From Macrostomum lignano (Eukaryota), in NCBI GenBank assembly GCA_002269645.1, contig NIVC01003052.1:89560-153559 (forward strand): DNA of 64,000 nt, in the 5' to 3' direction. How positions within the stretch are numbered: position 1 is the first letter of the stretch; each line of letters begins with the position of its first letter. Under the pieces are notes generated by a model. It was not told the DNA's origin, did not search any database, and was given only the letters and a program-made list of their open reading frames with translations. The position numbers and the translations under genes were made by a program. Shown here one piece after another: positions 1-12,506 of the stretch.

Positions 1-349
1 CCCTGAGCAGATGCCGTTTCTGTTTTCGCCTGTGCCGACCCGACTGCTGACGACCAGCTCCAGCCGAGGACAGAGACAAGCTGGACGATTGAGTATCAAA
101 GGAATGCCGCCTATAGGCCGAGTTAATAGACACAGACGATGAACAGTCTTCCAAGTCGTCTTCCTCGTCAGATGTGGTGGCGGTTGTTGTAGTCGTGTTG
201 CTGGCGTCGCTGATTCGCATTGCGCCGCCCAGTTTGCACAGCAGCGCCTGGGCAGCGTCCACGCAGTCCTGCCGGGTGATGAGGCGGCGCAGAGGACTGT
301 CGCTGCTGCTGGCGCCACCTGCGGCGCTGAACGAGCCGCTGATTGTTTG
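1..349 (-). CDS. Partial coding exon of an unidentified gene, running off the window start
   Basis: Acceptor tttgcag at 350-351, then a stop-free frame to base 1: QTISGSFSAAGGASSSDSPLRRLITRQDCVDAAQALLCKLGGAMRISDAS...DEEDDLEDC...RHRRKQKRHLLR. GC-rich and codon-like compared with its flanks. Confidence 0.6.
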
Positions 350-444
350 CTGCAAATATTCGAAACACTTTTAGTAGCAGATTTGACAAATTGCAAAGTT
401 GCGAATTGAGAATATGCAGAGGGAACGGGGCAGTGTATGCAGAC

Positions 445-766
445 TGCTGGGACTCTGCAGAGAATCGGGACCTCGCTAGTGCTGGGACTCTGCAGAGAAT
501 CGGGACCTCGCTAGTGCTGGGACTCTGCAGAGAATCGGGACCTCGCTAGTGCTGGGACTCTGCAGAGAATCGGGACCTCGCTAGTGCTGGGACTCTGCAG
601 AGAATCGGGACCTCGCTAGTGCTGGGACTCTGCAGAGAATCGGGACCTCGCTAGTGCTGGGACTCTGCAGAGAATCGGGACCTCGCTAGTGCTGGGACTC
701 TGCAGAGAATGGGGACCTCGCTAATGCTGGGATTATGCAGATAATCGGGACCTCGCTAATGCTGGG
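445..766. repeat. 35-bp minisatellite, about 9 copies
   Basis: Unit ctgggactctgcagagaatcgggacctcgctagtg, repeated head to tail. Confidence 0.95.
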
Positions 767-1441
767 GGGATCGGTTTCCATAGCGTGCAGAAAGAGATAA
801 AGAGAATCAAGCGTTGTTTATTTTATTGGCGGTTCCGATAACTCAGTAAAGGTTTTTTCCAATGAAAAGATTAGCTGGCATTATTAGCTATCTAAGAGCT
901 GTCACGCCTCATCCTAGTTTAACCTCATGTCTCGTTGCGTGACTTCTAGGCTATCATTTTTCAGTAGCAGCAATCGATCACTAAAATGGCGACAACGCCC
1001 AAGAAGGCGAACTCAATAAGATAATTGCAGCTCAACAAATACTAAGTTAGGAGTAATCGATATGATGATGGAGGCTAAAGCTGCCAATTGAATGAGAAAA
1101 CTGATACATACTGCATATTAGGCTTCCTTTGAAGTTGAGAGGCCAGAACTCAAAGTTATGCTCTTGTAAGTACGTTTGGGCTTCGGAGCAGATGAATTTG
1201 ATCCAGAAATTGCAGAAGTCTGCAGAAAATAGATATGTTTCTCTTTTTTATCAGAGACAGGGGGCAGTGTGCACTTGACACATTGACACAACAACCGGCG
1301 AGAGGCATTACGAGCGTACTGCCCATTCCACGGACTCCCCTGAGCAGGCACACAAGCGCGCGGATACGCACGCAGTCATACGCACAGGCACACACTCACA
1401 CAGGAGTGTACAGCGGCCCTAACTTTATTTATCGTTAGGCA

Positions 1442-2088
1442 CTAGCAATCTAGTGCGGCCCCCTTTGGGGCGCCCAATAAGCAAGGAGCAAAAATAGTTC
1501 ATGGAAAACAATTAAAAAAGCACATTTACTTAAGAACTAATTCCTTCTTCACTTTTAAAAATCACCTTATTCGTGTAAAATTGTCACGGACAAGGATGTT
1601 TGCTATGAATAACTTTTTCTCTAAAATTAACAAATAGACAACAAAATATAGCTCCCTCTAAATAGAAAATATTCCCAAGACAGCAAGCATCTCCCCAGAT
1701 AGCAAGCACCCCCCTCCAAAAGTAAGCAACCGCAGATAGCAAGCATCCCCTAATGCTCATAGCAAGCATCCCCCAGATAGCAAGCATCACCCCAGATAGC
1801 AAGCATCTGCAGACAGCAAGCATCCACCCAGATAGCAAGAATTCTGCAGACAGCAAGCATCCCCCAGATAGCAGCATCCACCCAGATAGCAAGAATTCTG
1901 CAGACAGCAAGCATCCCCCAGATAGCAGCATCCACCCAGATAGCAAGAATTCTAAAGACAGCAAGCATCCCCCAGATAGCAGCATCCACCCAGATAGCAA
2001 GAATTCTGCAGATAGCAAGCACCCCCCCCCCCCCCCAGATATTATAGAAGCATCCTGCAGATAGCAAGCACCCCCCAGATACTATAAA
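1442..2088 (-). mobile_element. Non-autonomous Helitron-like element carrying an 18-bp agcaagcatcccccagat array
   Basis: The minus-strand 3' end reads gcgccccaaaggggccgc (hairpin), then actagattgCTAG|T. The same terminus and repeat recur near 17063 and 47338. Confidence 0.6.
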
Positions 2089-2094
2089 ATCGTT

Positions 2095-2190
2095 AGGCAT
2101 GTACACTTCACTGCGCCTTGGGGGTTGGGTTGGCCCTCAAAGGCGTTAATTGCACGAGCAGAGCCAAGCCGAGATTCCAATTTACGCGCA
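2095..2190 (-). mobile_element. SINE body fragment, same family as 12507-12657
   Basis: The reverse complement contains aatctcggcttggctctgctcgtgcaattaacgc and gagggccaaccc, both shared with 12595-12650. Confidence 0.7.
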
Positions 2191-2410
2191 GACAAAGTGA
2201 AAGTCACAGTACGCAGCCCTATGGCTGATAATAACTATGAGAAATCTTCACTTGACGCTATGCTAACGTTACAACACTATATAATTAGCATAAATGCCAC
2301 CCTGGCAAATGCAGGTACCGGTCAGACAGATCGGCTACTGACTTGGTCTGACCTAATCTGATTTCATTTAAAATCCTTTGAAAGTGCAAAATGGAGAAAG
2401 AAATAACAAA

Positions 2411-2830
2411 TCAAGAAATACCGAATTCCAAAAAATCATTGCAACGCAATAATACATTACAATTTATGAATATTGTACTCAGACAAGCAATAAAGAGTCC
2501 TATAGCATCTGAGCCTCCGTCAATAAGCTGCTCACGACTATAAGAAACAGATGCCCCTTCTTTGGCTAGAAAGCAAAAAATCGGAGCGCACAGCTGGCAA
2601 AGCCTACAGACGCCACTACTTAACATTGACGACTCACCCAACACACTTTGGATGTTTGCTGAGAGATAATTGCAGCGTTTAGGAGACGCGAAAAACGTGA
2701 GCAAATTAGAGAGAAGAGGCCTAGGCATGGCACGGTATGGTAGTGGGCGACAAATGCTTGTGGGATGTGATGTGATTCGCGACTACCTGCCGCCTGCTCT
2801 GCTGACCTCAAACGGATTCGGGAGCATCTG
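2411..2830 (-). CDS. Candidate 5' exons of the unidentified minus-strand gene
   Basis: Acceptor ccgcag follows a (GTCT)n tract. ATG at 2728 (MPRPLLSNLLTFFASPKRCNYLSANIQSVL), donor GTGAGT at 2637, 72-nt in-frame intron, acceptor ttttgctttctag at 2566-2567, then AKEGASVSYSREQLIDGG... A further acceptor lies at 1220-1221. No family recognised. Confidence 0.35.
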
Positions 2831-2831
2831 C

Positions 2832-2985
2832 GGACAGACAGACATGCAGACAGGCAGAGAGACAGACAGACAGAGACATGCAGACAGACAGGCAGAGAGA
2901 CAGACACTAAAACAGACAGACAGCAGACAGACAGACAGACACTGACAAACAGACAGACAGGCAGACAGACAGAGATACAGAGACA
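2832..2985. repeat. (GACA)n microsatellite
   Basis: Direct reading of the sequence. Confidence 0.95.
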
Positions 2986-3005
2986 GTTGCGAATCAATCA
3001 GCAGC

Positions 3006-6000
3006 TCAATAGCCGCTATAATGCGACAAGCGAAACATGGCCGCCCGGCCAGTGTGCTGTCCGAGGCACAGAAAACCGCCGCCAGGCGAGAAATCGGCCG
3101 AGTGCACGGCGGCCAAATAGTGCCGAATAGTTGGCGGCGGGAAATTCTGCATAACCCGACCGTCGCCAAGGTGCCAGAGTCGGACAGCCTGCGGCTCCTG
3201 CCTCGACGCCATCAGCAGGAGCTCCTGGCTGGGATGGAACCGCAGACAGCTGCACTCGGTAGTGAGATTAGTGGCAGTCCGAATCGGTTTGGTCTCCAAC
3301 GGCCGACCAGTTGTCGCCGAGGCCAGGTCAGCAGCCTCCCAGCCGTACAGATTAACAATGCCGCAGGTGCTGCCGCAGGCAATGTAGCGACTGGACGCAG
3401 CTAAACTAGACAATCCCGTGCTGCCTTCGTCAACAAATGTACCGCGAAGTTTCCTATTGGTCAGACAGAAAACTGACACCTGACCGTCTGAGCCGCCGGC
3501 TAGGAGGCAGTCGCCATCGACGCCGAATGCTAGCGATTGCAGACTCGAACTGGCGCTGCGAAGGGTGCAGACTCGATTGCGCGTCTGCGCGGAAATGGGG
3601 ATTGATTGCTTGTAAGTTAGTAAAAAGAGGGCTGTTTCAGAAGTATAAAGAGGGATAATGAGTGAGTGGGTGGGCCGACAATGAGTGAGTGAGCAAGTGG
3701 ATAATGAGTGAGTGAGCGAGTGGATAATGAGTGAGTGAGAGAGTGGATAATGAGTGAATGAGTGAGCGGATAACGAGTGAGTGAGTGGGCGGATAATGAG
3801 TGAGTGGGTGGGCGGATTATGAGTGAGTGAGCGAGTGGATAACGAGTGAGTGAGTGGGCGGATAATGAGTGAGTGAGAGGGCGGATTATGAGTGAGTGAG
3901 AGGGCGGATTATGAGTGAGTGAGAGGGCGGATTATGAGTGAGTGGGTGGGCGGATTATGAGTGAGTGAGAGGGCGGATTTTGAGTCAGTGATCGAGTGGA
4001 TAATGAGTGAGTGAGAGGGCGGATTATGAGTGAGTGAGCGAGTGGATAATGAGTGAGTGAGAGGGCGGATTATGAGTGAGTGAGCGAGTGGATAATGAGT
4101 GAGTGAGAGGGCGGATTATGAGTGAGTGAGCGAGTGGATAATGAGTGAGTGAGAGGGCGGATTATGAGTGAGTGAGCGAGTGGATAATGAGTGAGTGAGA
4201 GGGCAGATTATGAGTGCGTTGGGAATCAGGCGAAGCTTAGGGGCGGGAAGGACTAATAACGGTATAAAGCATGTTTTCAGTTTAGCAATAAATTGAAGAA
4301 CAGCATAAAGGAGGGAAATTTTCTTGACCTTCGAAAAAAAGTCAAGTTAATGACTGTCTTTCGGAGCATTTTGCCCAGCGTAATTAGAAAATAACAAGCT
4401 TGAATGAGTGGCATTGAGATTGGTTATAATAGGACACTAATTGGAACAGAGTTACCTTGAAGTCAACCAGGTAGACTTCGCCATATTTGCCAATAAAAGC
4501 GATCAGTTTTTGATCCGGCGAAATCTCAAAGTCCGATAATTTGCAATTTCGCTCAACGCCTGCGGGAAGAGTTGAAAGGGTTAAACATTAGTTTAAAAAA
4601 AGCTTTCAACAACACGAATGAAACGACATGAGGCTTCTCGGCGTTCTCAATCTACGCATGCACGAATAACGCATAGAGCTCACGCAGCATTGATCAAAAC
4701 TACCGCCAAACCGAGGATGAAGAACACAGCCACAGAATCCTACGTCACTGAGAATCCATTATTCAAAACATTGCGTCAACAGAATTACATATATACTTGT
4801 AAGACTTCAAGTTCAATATCAAACAATTCCACAGAGTGCGTCATGGCACATCGACTTTAGTTTTTGCATCCCTAACTTTGGACCCCGGACACCTAAGATA
4901 AGATCCCACACCAACTGAATCCCATATCAAAGACCCCACACCAACTGAATCCCATATCTAAGACCGCACACCAACTGAATCCCATATCTAAGACCCCACA
5001 CCAACTGAATCCCATATCTAAGACCCCACACCAACTGAATCCCATATCTAAGACCGCACACCAACTGAATCCCATATCTAAGACCGCACACCAACTGAAT
5101 CCCAACATAAGACCCTATACAAATAAAATTCTATATAATCTAAGACCCCAAACTAGTAGAATCTCATATCTAAGACCCCAAACTAGTAGAATCTCATATC
5201 TAAGACCCCAAACTAGTAGAATCTCATATCTAAGACCCCAAACTAGTAGAATCTCATATCTAAGACCCCAAACTAGTAGAATCTCATATCTAAGACCCCA
5301 AACTAGTAGAATCTCATATCTAAGACCCCAAACTAGTAGAATCTCATATCTAAGACCCCAAACTAGTAGAATCTCATATCTAAGACCCCAAACTAGTAGA
5401 ATCTCATATCTAAGACCCCAAACTAGTAGAATCTCATATCTAAGACCCCAAACTAGTAGAATCTCATATCTAAGACCCCAAACTAGTAGAATCTCATATC
5501 TAAGACCCCAAACTAGTAGAATCTCATATCTAAGACCCCACACCAATAAAATCTCATATCTAAGACACACACACACAACTGAATCGCATATCTATGTCCT
5601 GAACTAAAAAGAACAGAATTTAAAATCATTAGATCTTATAATTCCAAAAAGTGTAGAATAGTACCAACTTAATGATTCTGCACTCGACAGCAAGGCATTA
5701 GTAATCTAAGCCGTATTATAAACAGTCGAAATTTGGGAACGCTAAGAGTGATGGATTCAAGAATTTCCATTAGGCCACAGCAATACCTAAGCTGCTGTAC
5801 TTAAGCCCCGAATAACCCGATAAAAATGCAAAACTGAGGCGAAGAATGTCGGCCATTTACCGCCCCGCATTTCTCTGAAGATAAATGGAATGCACGTACT
5901 GAAAAATGTCAATAATAAGCCGCTAGCGCTATGGTTTTGACGTGGACAGCAAGTCTAACAGAGATAGGCAAAGGGCAAACAACTGCGATTCTGTGAAACC

Positions 6001-9000
6001 TTGCTTAAGTCACAGTCTTCCTAATGTACACTCAGCATGAATGGCGTGCAGGAATGACACCTTTTTCGGCTCGCAACTTAGAGATAAGATAAGAACCCAG
6101 TGCACTTATTGTGTCAGATTTAAACAGGCAATTTCCGATAACTATTGCGAGATTAGAGAGATAAGAGAAGATAAGAAATCAGTGGATAATTTAATTGTAA
6201 AATTAAAGTAAACTCAGGGCGCAGAGAAATTACACGATATAATAGTAATAAAAGGAGCAATCGATTTTTTATTAAAATGTACTAACTGACTTGGCTAATA
6301 GACTAAACTACGGTTTTGCATACATATTTTGTAGATGATTTGATTTCTTATCTCAAGATCAATCGACAATGGAATTTAAGCACTTACTAAGGAAGGAGGG
6401 AATGAATAGACAATAAACTTAGGATACTTAAATAGCCATTGTACCATGACCTTTGCGCCCGCTGGGCACTTATTCTTGCCTTTTAATGCCATAGACTACA
6501 TTTAAGCCCGTTTGCAGGAAAGAAATATCGAAATTAGCGGTCAGTTTGAGGTCGGTATGTCAAGGACACAAATGGCACAATAATACACTTTTTTGCGATT
6601 GAATTCGTCCAAACTGCAAAACCTTTCGTCCACTAATGCTTTCTTAATGGGAGCTAAATTTAGATTATACCATAGACAACTGTGTTCACGCAAAACGGTT
6701 CATCCAGTTTGTAAAACATTTCGTCTAAACCCTTCGTCCAAACAGCTAACAGCTAAACGGAGCGACTTTATTTGATATCACGAGATATTGAACAAAGCAA
6801 AAACAGTGTCTCTTGTTAGAATGTTAGTTCAAAATGTCTTCGTAGTCCAAACAGCGGCCGTAGTAATCCACAGTGTGATTGGTCCATTGCTGGCACTTCT
6901 CCTGTGTAATCACGTGCAGTGCAGCTTCGACCTCTCTCTTCAAAATGTAGCTGTAGCTGTAGTGGTAGCAAAAGCGAACTGTCAATTGGGTGTTAACTAT
7001 GGTAGGAACAGTACACTCGGTCTCTAGTCTAGGGGATGAAATGTTTTACAAGCTGGATGAACCGTTTTGCGTGAACACAGTTGTCTATGGTATGATCTTA
7101 ATTTAGCTCCCATTAAGAAAGCATTTGTGGACGAAAGGTTTTGCAGTTTGGACGAATTCAATCGCAAAAAAGTATAGTAATACTCATGCTTTAAGGCGTT
7201 AATGGGAAAAATCAGAGGGCGCCCGAGGATTTCTCATTAACGCCCTTAAAGCATGGGTATTAATTATAGGGATGTCGATTCCCCGGGGAATTTTCTTATC
7301 GGGGACCCGGGGAATTTACTGTCATTCCCCGGTACCCCGGGGACCCCGGGGAAAAGAAAAAATAAGTAAAAAACGGCAGATAACTTAGATATTAAGTCAT
7401 TAAGTGGCGTTTTTTAAACTTTGATTAAAGCTTTGGATGGACTACATGTTCAAGGCGCAAGGGTAAAAACTTTAAGCAAAGTTTGTTTAAAACTGTATTT
7501 GACAACGTGGGGGTACGTGGCATCACCAAATCTTGCGCGCACCTTGTCAGAAAGAGTCCAGACTCCGGAGGCGGAAAATGCATACTCAGCAGCTACACTC
7601 GGAGGATAATTAATGAATGAGACTGTTTTTATAATCGAAATTATAATTTCTTGCAGATACATGTAAATCACCATTTTGACCTGTCTAATAGGGAGTATTT
7701 TGTTATTGTATGACACCCCCCTATGCGTCAGTGACTGACGCAGGACACAGCGCTGTGCCTGCGTCAAATGCGTCAAGCCGTCAACGCAGACCCACACAAT
7801 AGTCAGTAAGCTTCTTTTTCCTGACGGGTTTCTACGCTCGTACGTTCAATTTGCTTGTTTGAAAGACTCATAGTGAAAAAAAAACATTCAAACGGGTCGC
7901 TTTCATAAGACCGAAATTTCACAACGCCGAAAAGCACTACCCTTCACAAGACCGAAACTTCATAAGACCGGAATTTCACGACGCCGAAAATTCTGCATGC
8001 TCCTTATTGTATTAAGTTTTCTACAATGTGAAATTTCGGTCTTATGAAGTTTCGATCTTGTGAAGGGCCCTGCATTTTGAGTTTTCGGCGTTGTGAAATT
8101 TCGGTCTTATGAAGTTTTGGTCTTGTGAAGTATGGTGTTTCGGCGTTGTGAAATTTCGGTCTTATGACCCTCCCCCAATTCAAACGTGTTGTGTTTGAAA
8201 TAATACATTGAAATAAGCAGTTTTGCGGTAAAAAAGCATAGACAGAGTTTCAATCAGCTTTCTGTGAATGATTTTCTTATTTAAATGGCAAAAATTAAGT
8301 TTAAAATGTTTTTTTTTCTCCCCGGGGTCCCCGGTCCAATTCCCTGGGGAGAATTCCCCGACAAGCTCCCCGGGGTCGACATCCCTACTGGCCCAGCAAC
8401 AGAGGATCTGAGAGGCTGGCCCAGCAACTGAGGATCTGGGAGGCTGGCCCAGCAACTGAGGATCTGTGAGGCTGCCCAGCAACTGAGGATCTGTGAGGCT
8501 GCCCAGCAACTGAGGATCTGAGAGGCTGGCCCAGCAACTGAGGATCTGAGAGGCTGGCCCAGCAACTGAGGATCTGTGAGGCTTCCCAGCAACTGGGGAT
8601 CTGTGAGGCTGGCCCAGCAACTGAGGATCTGTGAGGCTGCCCAGCAACTGGGGATCTGTGAGGCTGCCCAGCAACTGGGGATCTGTGAGGCTGCCCAGCA
8701 ACTGAGGATCTGTGAGGCTGCCCAGCAACTGGGGATCTGGGAGGCTGGCCCAGAAACTGAGGATCTGGGAGGCTGGGCCAGTCTCTCAGATCTGAGAGAC
8801 TGGCCCAGCAACTGAGGATCTGTGAGGCTGCCCAGCAACTGAGGATCTGAGAGACTGGCCCAGCAACTGAGGATCTGAGAGACTGGCCCAGCAACTGAGG
8901 ATCTGGGAGGCTGGCCCAGCAACTGAGGATCTGGAAGGCTGGCCCAGCAACTGAGGATCTGGGAGGCTGGCCCAGCAACTGAGGATCTGAGAGACTGGCC

Positions 9001-11640
9001 CAGCAACTGAGGATCTGTGAGGCTGCCCAGCAACTGAGGATCTGAGAGGCTGGCCTAGCAACTGAGGATCTGAGAGGCTGGCCTAGCAACTGAGGATCTG
9101 AGAGGCTGGCCCAGCAACTGAGGATCTGAGAGACTGGCCCAGCAACTGAGGATCTGTGAGGCTGCCCAGCAACTGAGGATCTGGGAGGCTGGCCCAGCAA
9201 CTGAGGATCTGAGAGGCTGGCCCAGCAACTGAGGATCTGAGAGACTGGCCCAGCAACTGAGGATCTGTGAGGCTGCCCAGCAACTGAGGATCTGAGAGGC
9301 TGGCCCAGCAACTGAGGATCTGAGGGGCTGGCCCAGCAACTGAGGATCTGAAAGGCTGAGCCGGCAACTGAGGATCTGAGAGGCTGGCCCAGCAACTGAG
9401 GATCTTGGAGGCTGGCCCAGAAACTGATTATCTGTGAAGGTGGCAGTGGCCCAACCCAGACTAAAGAGATCCATAATTATACTCACCCAGCAGCCTGGGA
9501 ACGTGCACAAGCCGTTCAGTCGTGATGTCGAACAAGCGGAAGCTGCGATGCACGCTAGCTAGCACAATGTGATTGCCATCAGGCGAGAACCGAGCGCAGT
9601 GCACGGGGAATCCCGGCATGTGATGCGAGTGCAGACGGTCGAACACGGGCCTGTCCGGGTCCACCTGGTCGGAGATTATTATTAATAATTAGTTTTGCAG
9701 CAGCTCGCAGCTGTGTAATCGAAGTTTGCGAAGCGACAGAAAACACTAGACAGAACAGATATGGCAGACAGCAGGTGCGACAGATTAAAATTAAAATTAG
9801 AAACCAGATTCTTAAGTCTGCAGATGAAATTCGGCGGAAATATAGGCATTTGCAACAAAGCTAATGCTACTACTTAGTTAGTAGCGGTTTGGGCAAACGT
9901 ATTCAATCTCGCGTCACGACTGATTCGATTTAGTGCGCGGCCACCTGAATTTGGGGCTTGTCAAGGTGGGCTGTCGTGCGATTCACAGCCATGAGGGCCA
10001 ACCCCAAAGCTTGTCAAGGTGGGCTGTCGTGCAATTCACAGCCATGAGGGCCAACCACAAAGCTTGTCAAGGTGGGCTGTCGTGCCATTCACAGCCATGA
10101 GGGCCAACCCCAAAGCTTGTCAAGGTGGGCTGTCGTGCCATTCACAGCCATGAGGGCCAACCCCAAAGCTTGTCAAGGTGGGCTGTCGTGCCATTCACAG
10201 CCATGAGGGCCAACCCCAAAGCTTGTCAAGGTGGGCTGTCGTGCCATTCACAGCCATGAGGGCCAACCCCAAAAGGCACAGAGTGTACACGCCCGACGAT
10301 TAGAAAGTCAAAGGGCCGCTGCTGTACACCCTGTGTGAGCGTGCGTGCCTGAGTATACAGTATTGAGGCGCTTGGATGTGCTCAAGAGTTGTTGCCCCAC
10401 AATAAGTATGCAATAAGTAGGCCAGAGGCACAAGCCAGTACAAACCTGAAACAGTGCAAATCTCTGGTCGGTGCTGGCGGTCAGGAGGACGCGCGCTTTC
10501 GGATTAAATTGCACCGATGTTAATCGCCGATGCGATGGCGACTCCTTATTGGCGTTGGTCAGGCGCACGTAGTCCAGTCGGCGCGTCGGCAGGTCGCCGC
10601 CGTCTCGCCGGTTAGCCAGAACCTTGGAGTAATAAATTTTTGGTTGGAGAATAGATAATCCCTCTTCGATTCTTCCCACAGATACCCCCCTTTGAGGATT
10701 TTTCCCACAGATAATCCAACTGAGGATTCTTCCCACAGATAATCCCTCTGAGGATTCTTCCCACAGATAAACCCTCTGAGGATTCTTCCCAGAGATAATC
10801 CCTCTGAGGATTCTTCCCACAGATAAACCCTCTGAGGATTCTTCCCAGAGATAATCCCTCTGAGGATTCTTCCCACAGATAAACCCTCTGAGGATTCTTC
10901 CCAGAGATAATCCCTCTGAGGATTCTTCCCACAGATAAACCCTCTGAGGATTCTTCCCAGAGATAATCCCTCTGAGGATTCTTCCCACAGATAAACCCTC
11001 TGAGGATTCTTCCCAGAGATAATCCCTCTACGGATTCTTCCCAGAGATAATCCTTCTGAGGATTCTTCCCACAGATAATCCCTTTAAAGATCCTTCCCAC
11101 AGACCAGTAAAGATTACAGAGTCTCCCACCAACCTGAACAGCTCGAGCTTCGTCATCATCCTCATCTTCCTCGTCACGATCCTTATCCTTCTCCTCACGC
11201 TTTGACACGGTGGCCAATTTTCGATCGACATCCAAATAGTGGGGCGTCGGGCCGTAAGCGGCCAGGAACTCCATTCGCCTCTGCCGTTGCCGCCGCTGAA
11301 GCTTGTGCACATTGCTAGAACTCGCCGACTCGATGTCAACATCATCGTCCTCATCGTGCCAAACCTCTTCGGCTAAAGCTTTGCCATTTCTTTTCTTGTC
11401 CGGCTTCCGCTCCTTTGTGGAAGAATCAGACGAAGAAGCGTCGCTATCGGCTTCGTCGCGCTCGTCGTCTGAAGGGACTGACAAGTCGGCCTGATCTGGA
11501 AGCTCGAGACGACGAGCCAACGATTCCGACGGCAGAGTGTCGATAATAAAACCGGCAGGAACGGCGGCTGTCTGTTCGTTGCGTTTGCGCTTTTTTGCAC
11601 TGATAGTTTCAGCGCTTGACTCTGTTGGCATTTGGAGCAT
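3006..11640 (-). CDS. UTP18: U3 snoRNA-associated protein 18 homolog (WD40 repeat, SSU processome), about 514 aa
   Basis: Exons 11640-11134, 10622-10446, 9664-9487, 4559-4456 and 3584-3006, all GT-AG with matching phases (1545 nt). Motifs ANKESPSHRRLTSVQFNPKA..LFQ, FEISPDQK, FVDEGSTG, IACGSTCGIVNLY, AVRLWHL, DFSPGGGFLCLG and AAMFRLSHYSGY* match the UTP18 family as recalled. Confidence 0.93.
3656..4215. repeat. GAGT-rich minisatellite (about 23-26 bp) in the last UTP18 intron
   Basis: Unit approximately gagtgagtgagagggcggattat. Confidence 0.9.
4895..5590. repeat. 30-bp minisatellite with two variant blocks
   Basis: taagaccccacaccaactgaatcccatatc units, followed by a homogeneous block of taagaccccaaactagtagaatctcatatc. 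Confidence 0.95.
6583..7177. mobile_element. MITE with about 140-bp terminal inverted repeats
   Basis: ttttttgcgattgaattcgtccaaactgcaaaacc... at the left is the reverse complement of ...ggttttgcagtttggacgaattcaatcgcaaaaaa at the right. Confidence 0.85.
7178..7262. mobile_element. 85-bp hairpin mini-MITE
   Basis: taatactcatgctttaaggcgttaatggg pairs with ctcattaacgcccttaaagcatgggtatta. Confidence 0.7.
7267..8387. mobile_element. hAT-like non-autonomous element
   Basis: TIRs TAGGGATGTCGA / TCGACATCCCTA resemble the Ac-type TAGGGATG terminus. Subterminal ccccgggg motifs are present. No target-site duplication (TSD) was recovered. Confidence 0.65.
7894..8170. mobile_element. Nested foldback MITE with subterminal repeats
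   Basis: gggtc...cataagaccgaaatttcacaacgccgaaa repeats at the left are inverted at the right, which ends ttcggtcttatgaccc. Confidence 0.7.
8388..9430. repeat. 20/21-bp minisatellite, about 50 copies
   Basis: Unit ctggcccagcaactgaggatctg. The same family occurs reverse-complemented at 31650-31975. Confidence 0.95.
9956..10273 (+). repeat. 53-bp tandem repeat (6 copies) related to a SINE body
   Basis: Units start at 9956, 10009, 10062 and so on, and end in gagggccaacccca. The last unit continues into aaggcacagagtgtacac. Confidence 0.9.
10660..11105. repeat. 28-bp minisatellite in UTP18 intron 1, with alternating A/B units
   Basis: ctctgaggattcttcccacagataaacc alternates with ctctgaggattcttcccagagataatcc. 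Confidence 0.95.
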
Positions 11641-12506
11641 TTTGCTCTGGCTGGAAATGCGATAAGATGGTAAACTAAATGTAACTTTTGCCCAGGTCAT
11701 CTAGTCATCAGTGAGGATCCAAAGTGAATCTAACAATAATTGGGTATCTAATTAGTCGGCAACCTAAATCTATAGTTGAAGCTATGACTTCAAGGCTCAT
11801 TTAGAAAATTGCTGAGATGTCAAGGCTAACCCGGGGATTGCTGAAGTTTTGTGGTTCTTGAGGGAGATTTCTGAAATGTGGCTCTTGAATGGAATTGTTG
11901 AAATGCGGTGGCTCTTGGGAGGAACTTGTGAAAAGTGGCTTTTGGGGGGACTTGCTGAAATCTTTTGGCTCTTAGGGGGTTCCTCGGGTGCTGTGAGCCA
12001 ACCAAAGCTCATAGAGGATCTTAGGGCGGACGCTTTTTTGCTTTAAAAATCACTTCCCTTTGACAGTATACAAAGTCAAAACCTACATGTAGTTTATACA
12101 AAAAGCAGTCAGAATCTTACCTGAGTATTAAGCATACATAATAAGTAGGTATCCTAAATCTATTGTTTAGGCCACCTGACAGAAAAGAATGATCCCGGCT
12201 CTCGAATTAAGGCAAAACAAAGCTTTAATAATGCATTGAAATTGGGCAATTAATCTGAATATATTATACCTTTATAATGAGAATGAGAATCTTCACAATA
12301 TGCGACAAGGTAAGACACTGAATACGCTACTTCGGTAACTGTACACAAAACAGAGACACAGTAAATGGCATACTAAACGAAGAAAAAAGTTAGAGAAACA
12401 TTACACCAAGAAAAATATTAATAAATCTTCTTATGCTTGAAGTGTCATACCGACAGATATATAACTGATATAACTCAAAAAACCTATAAATTAATAACTT
12501 TATTAT

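Noticed and set aside
8180-9510. Long ORFs over minisatellites (also 32476-33501, 35199-38045, 41512-42201, 43752-44383, 53655-54871, 59298-60217)
   Set aside because: They are stop-free only because the repeat units lack stops in several frames, and they lie in introns or spacers defined by GT-AG exons.
11641-11700. ATG at 11700 as the UTP18 start
   Set aside because: An acceptor (tttccag) at 11651-11652 lies between it and ATG 11640, so the upstream segment is probably intron or outron.
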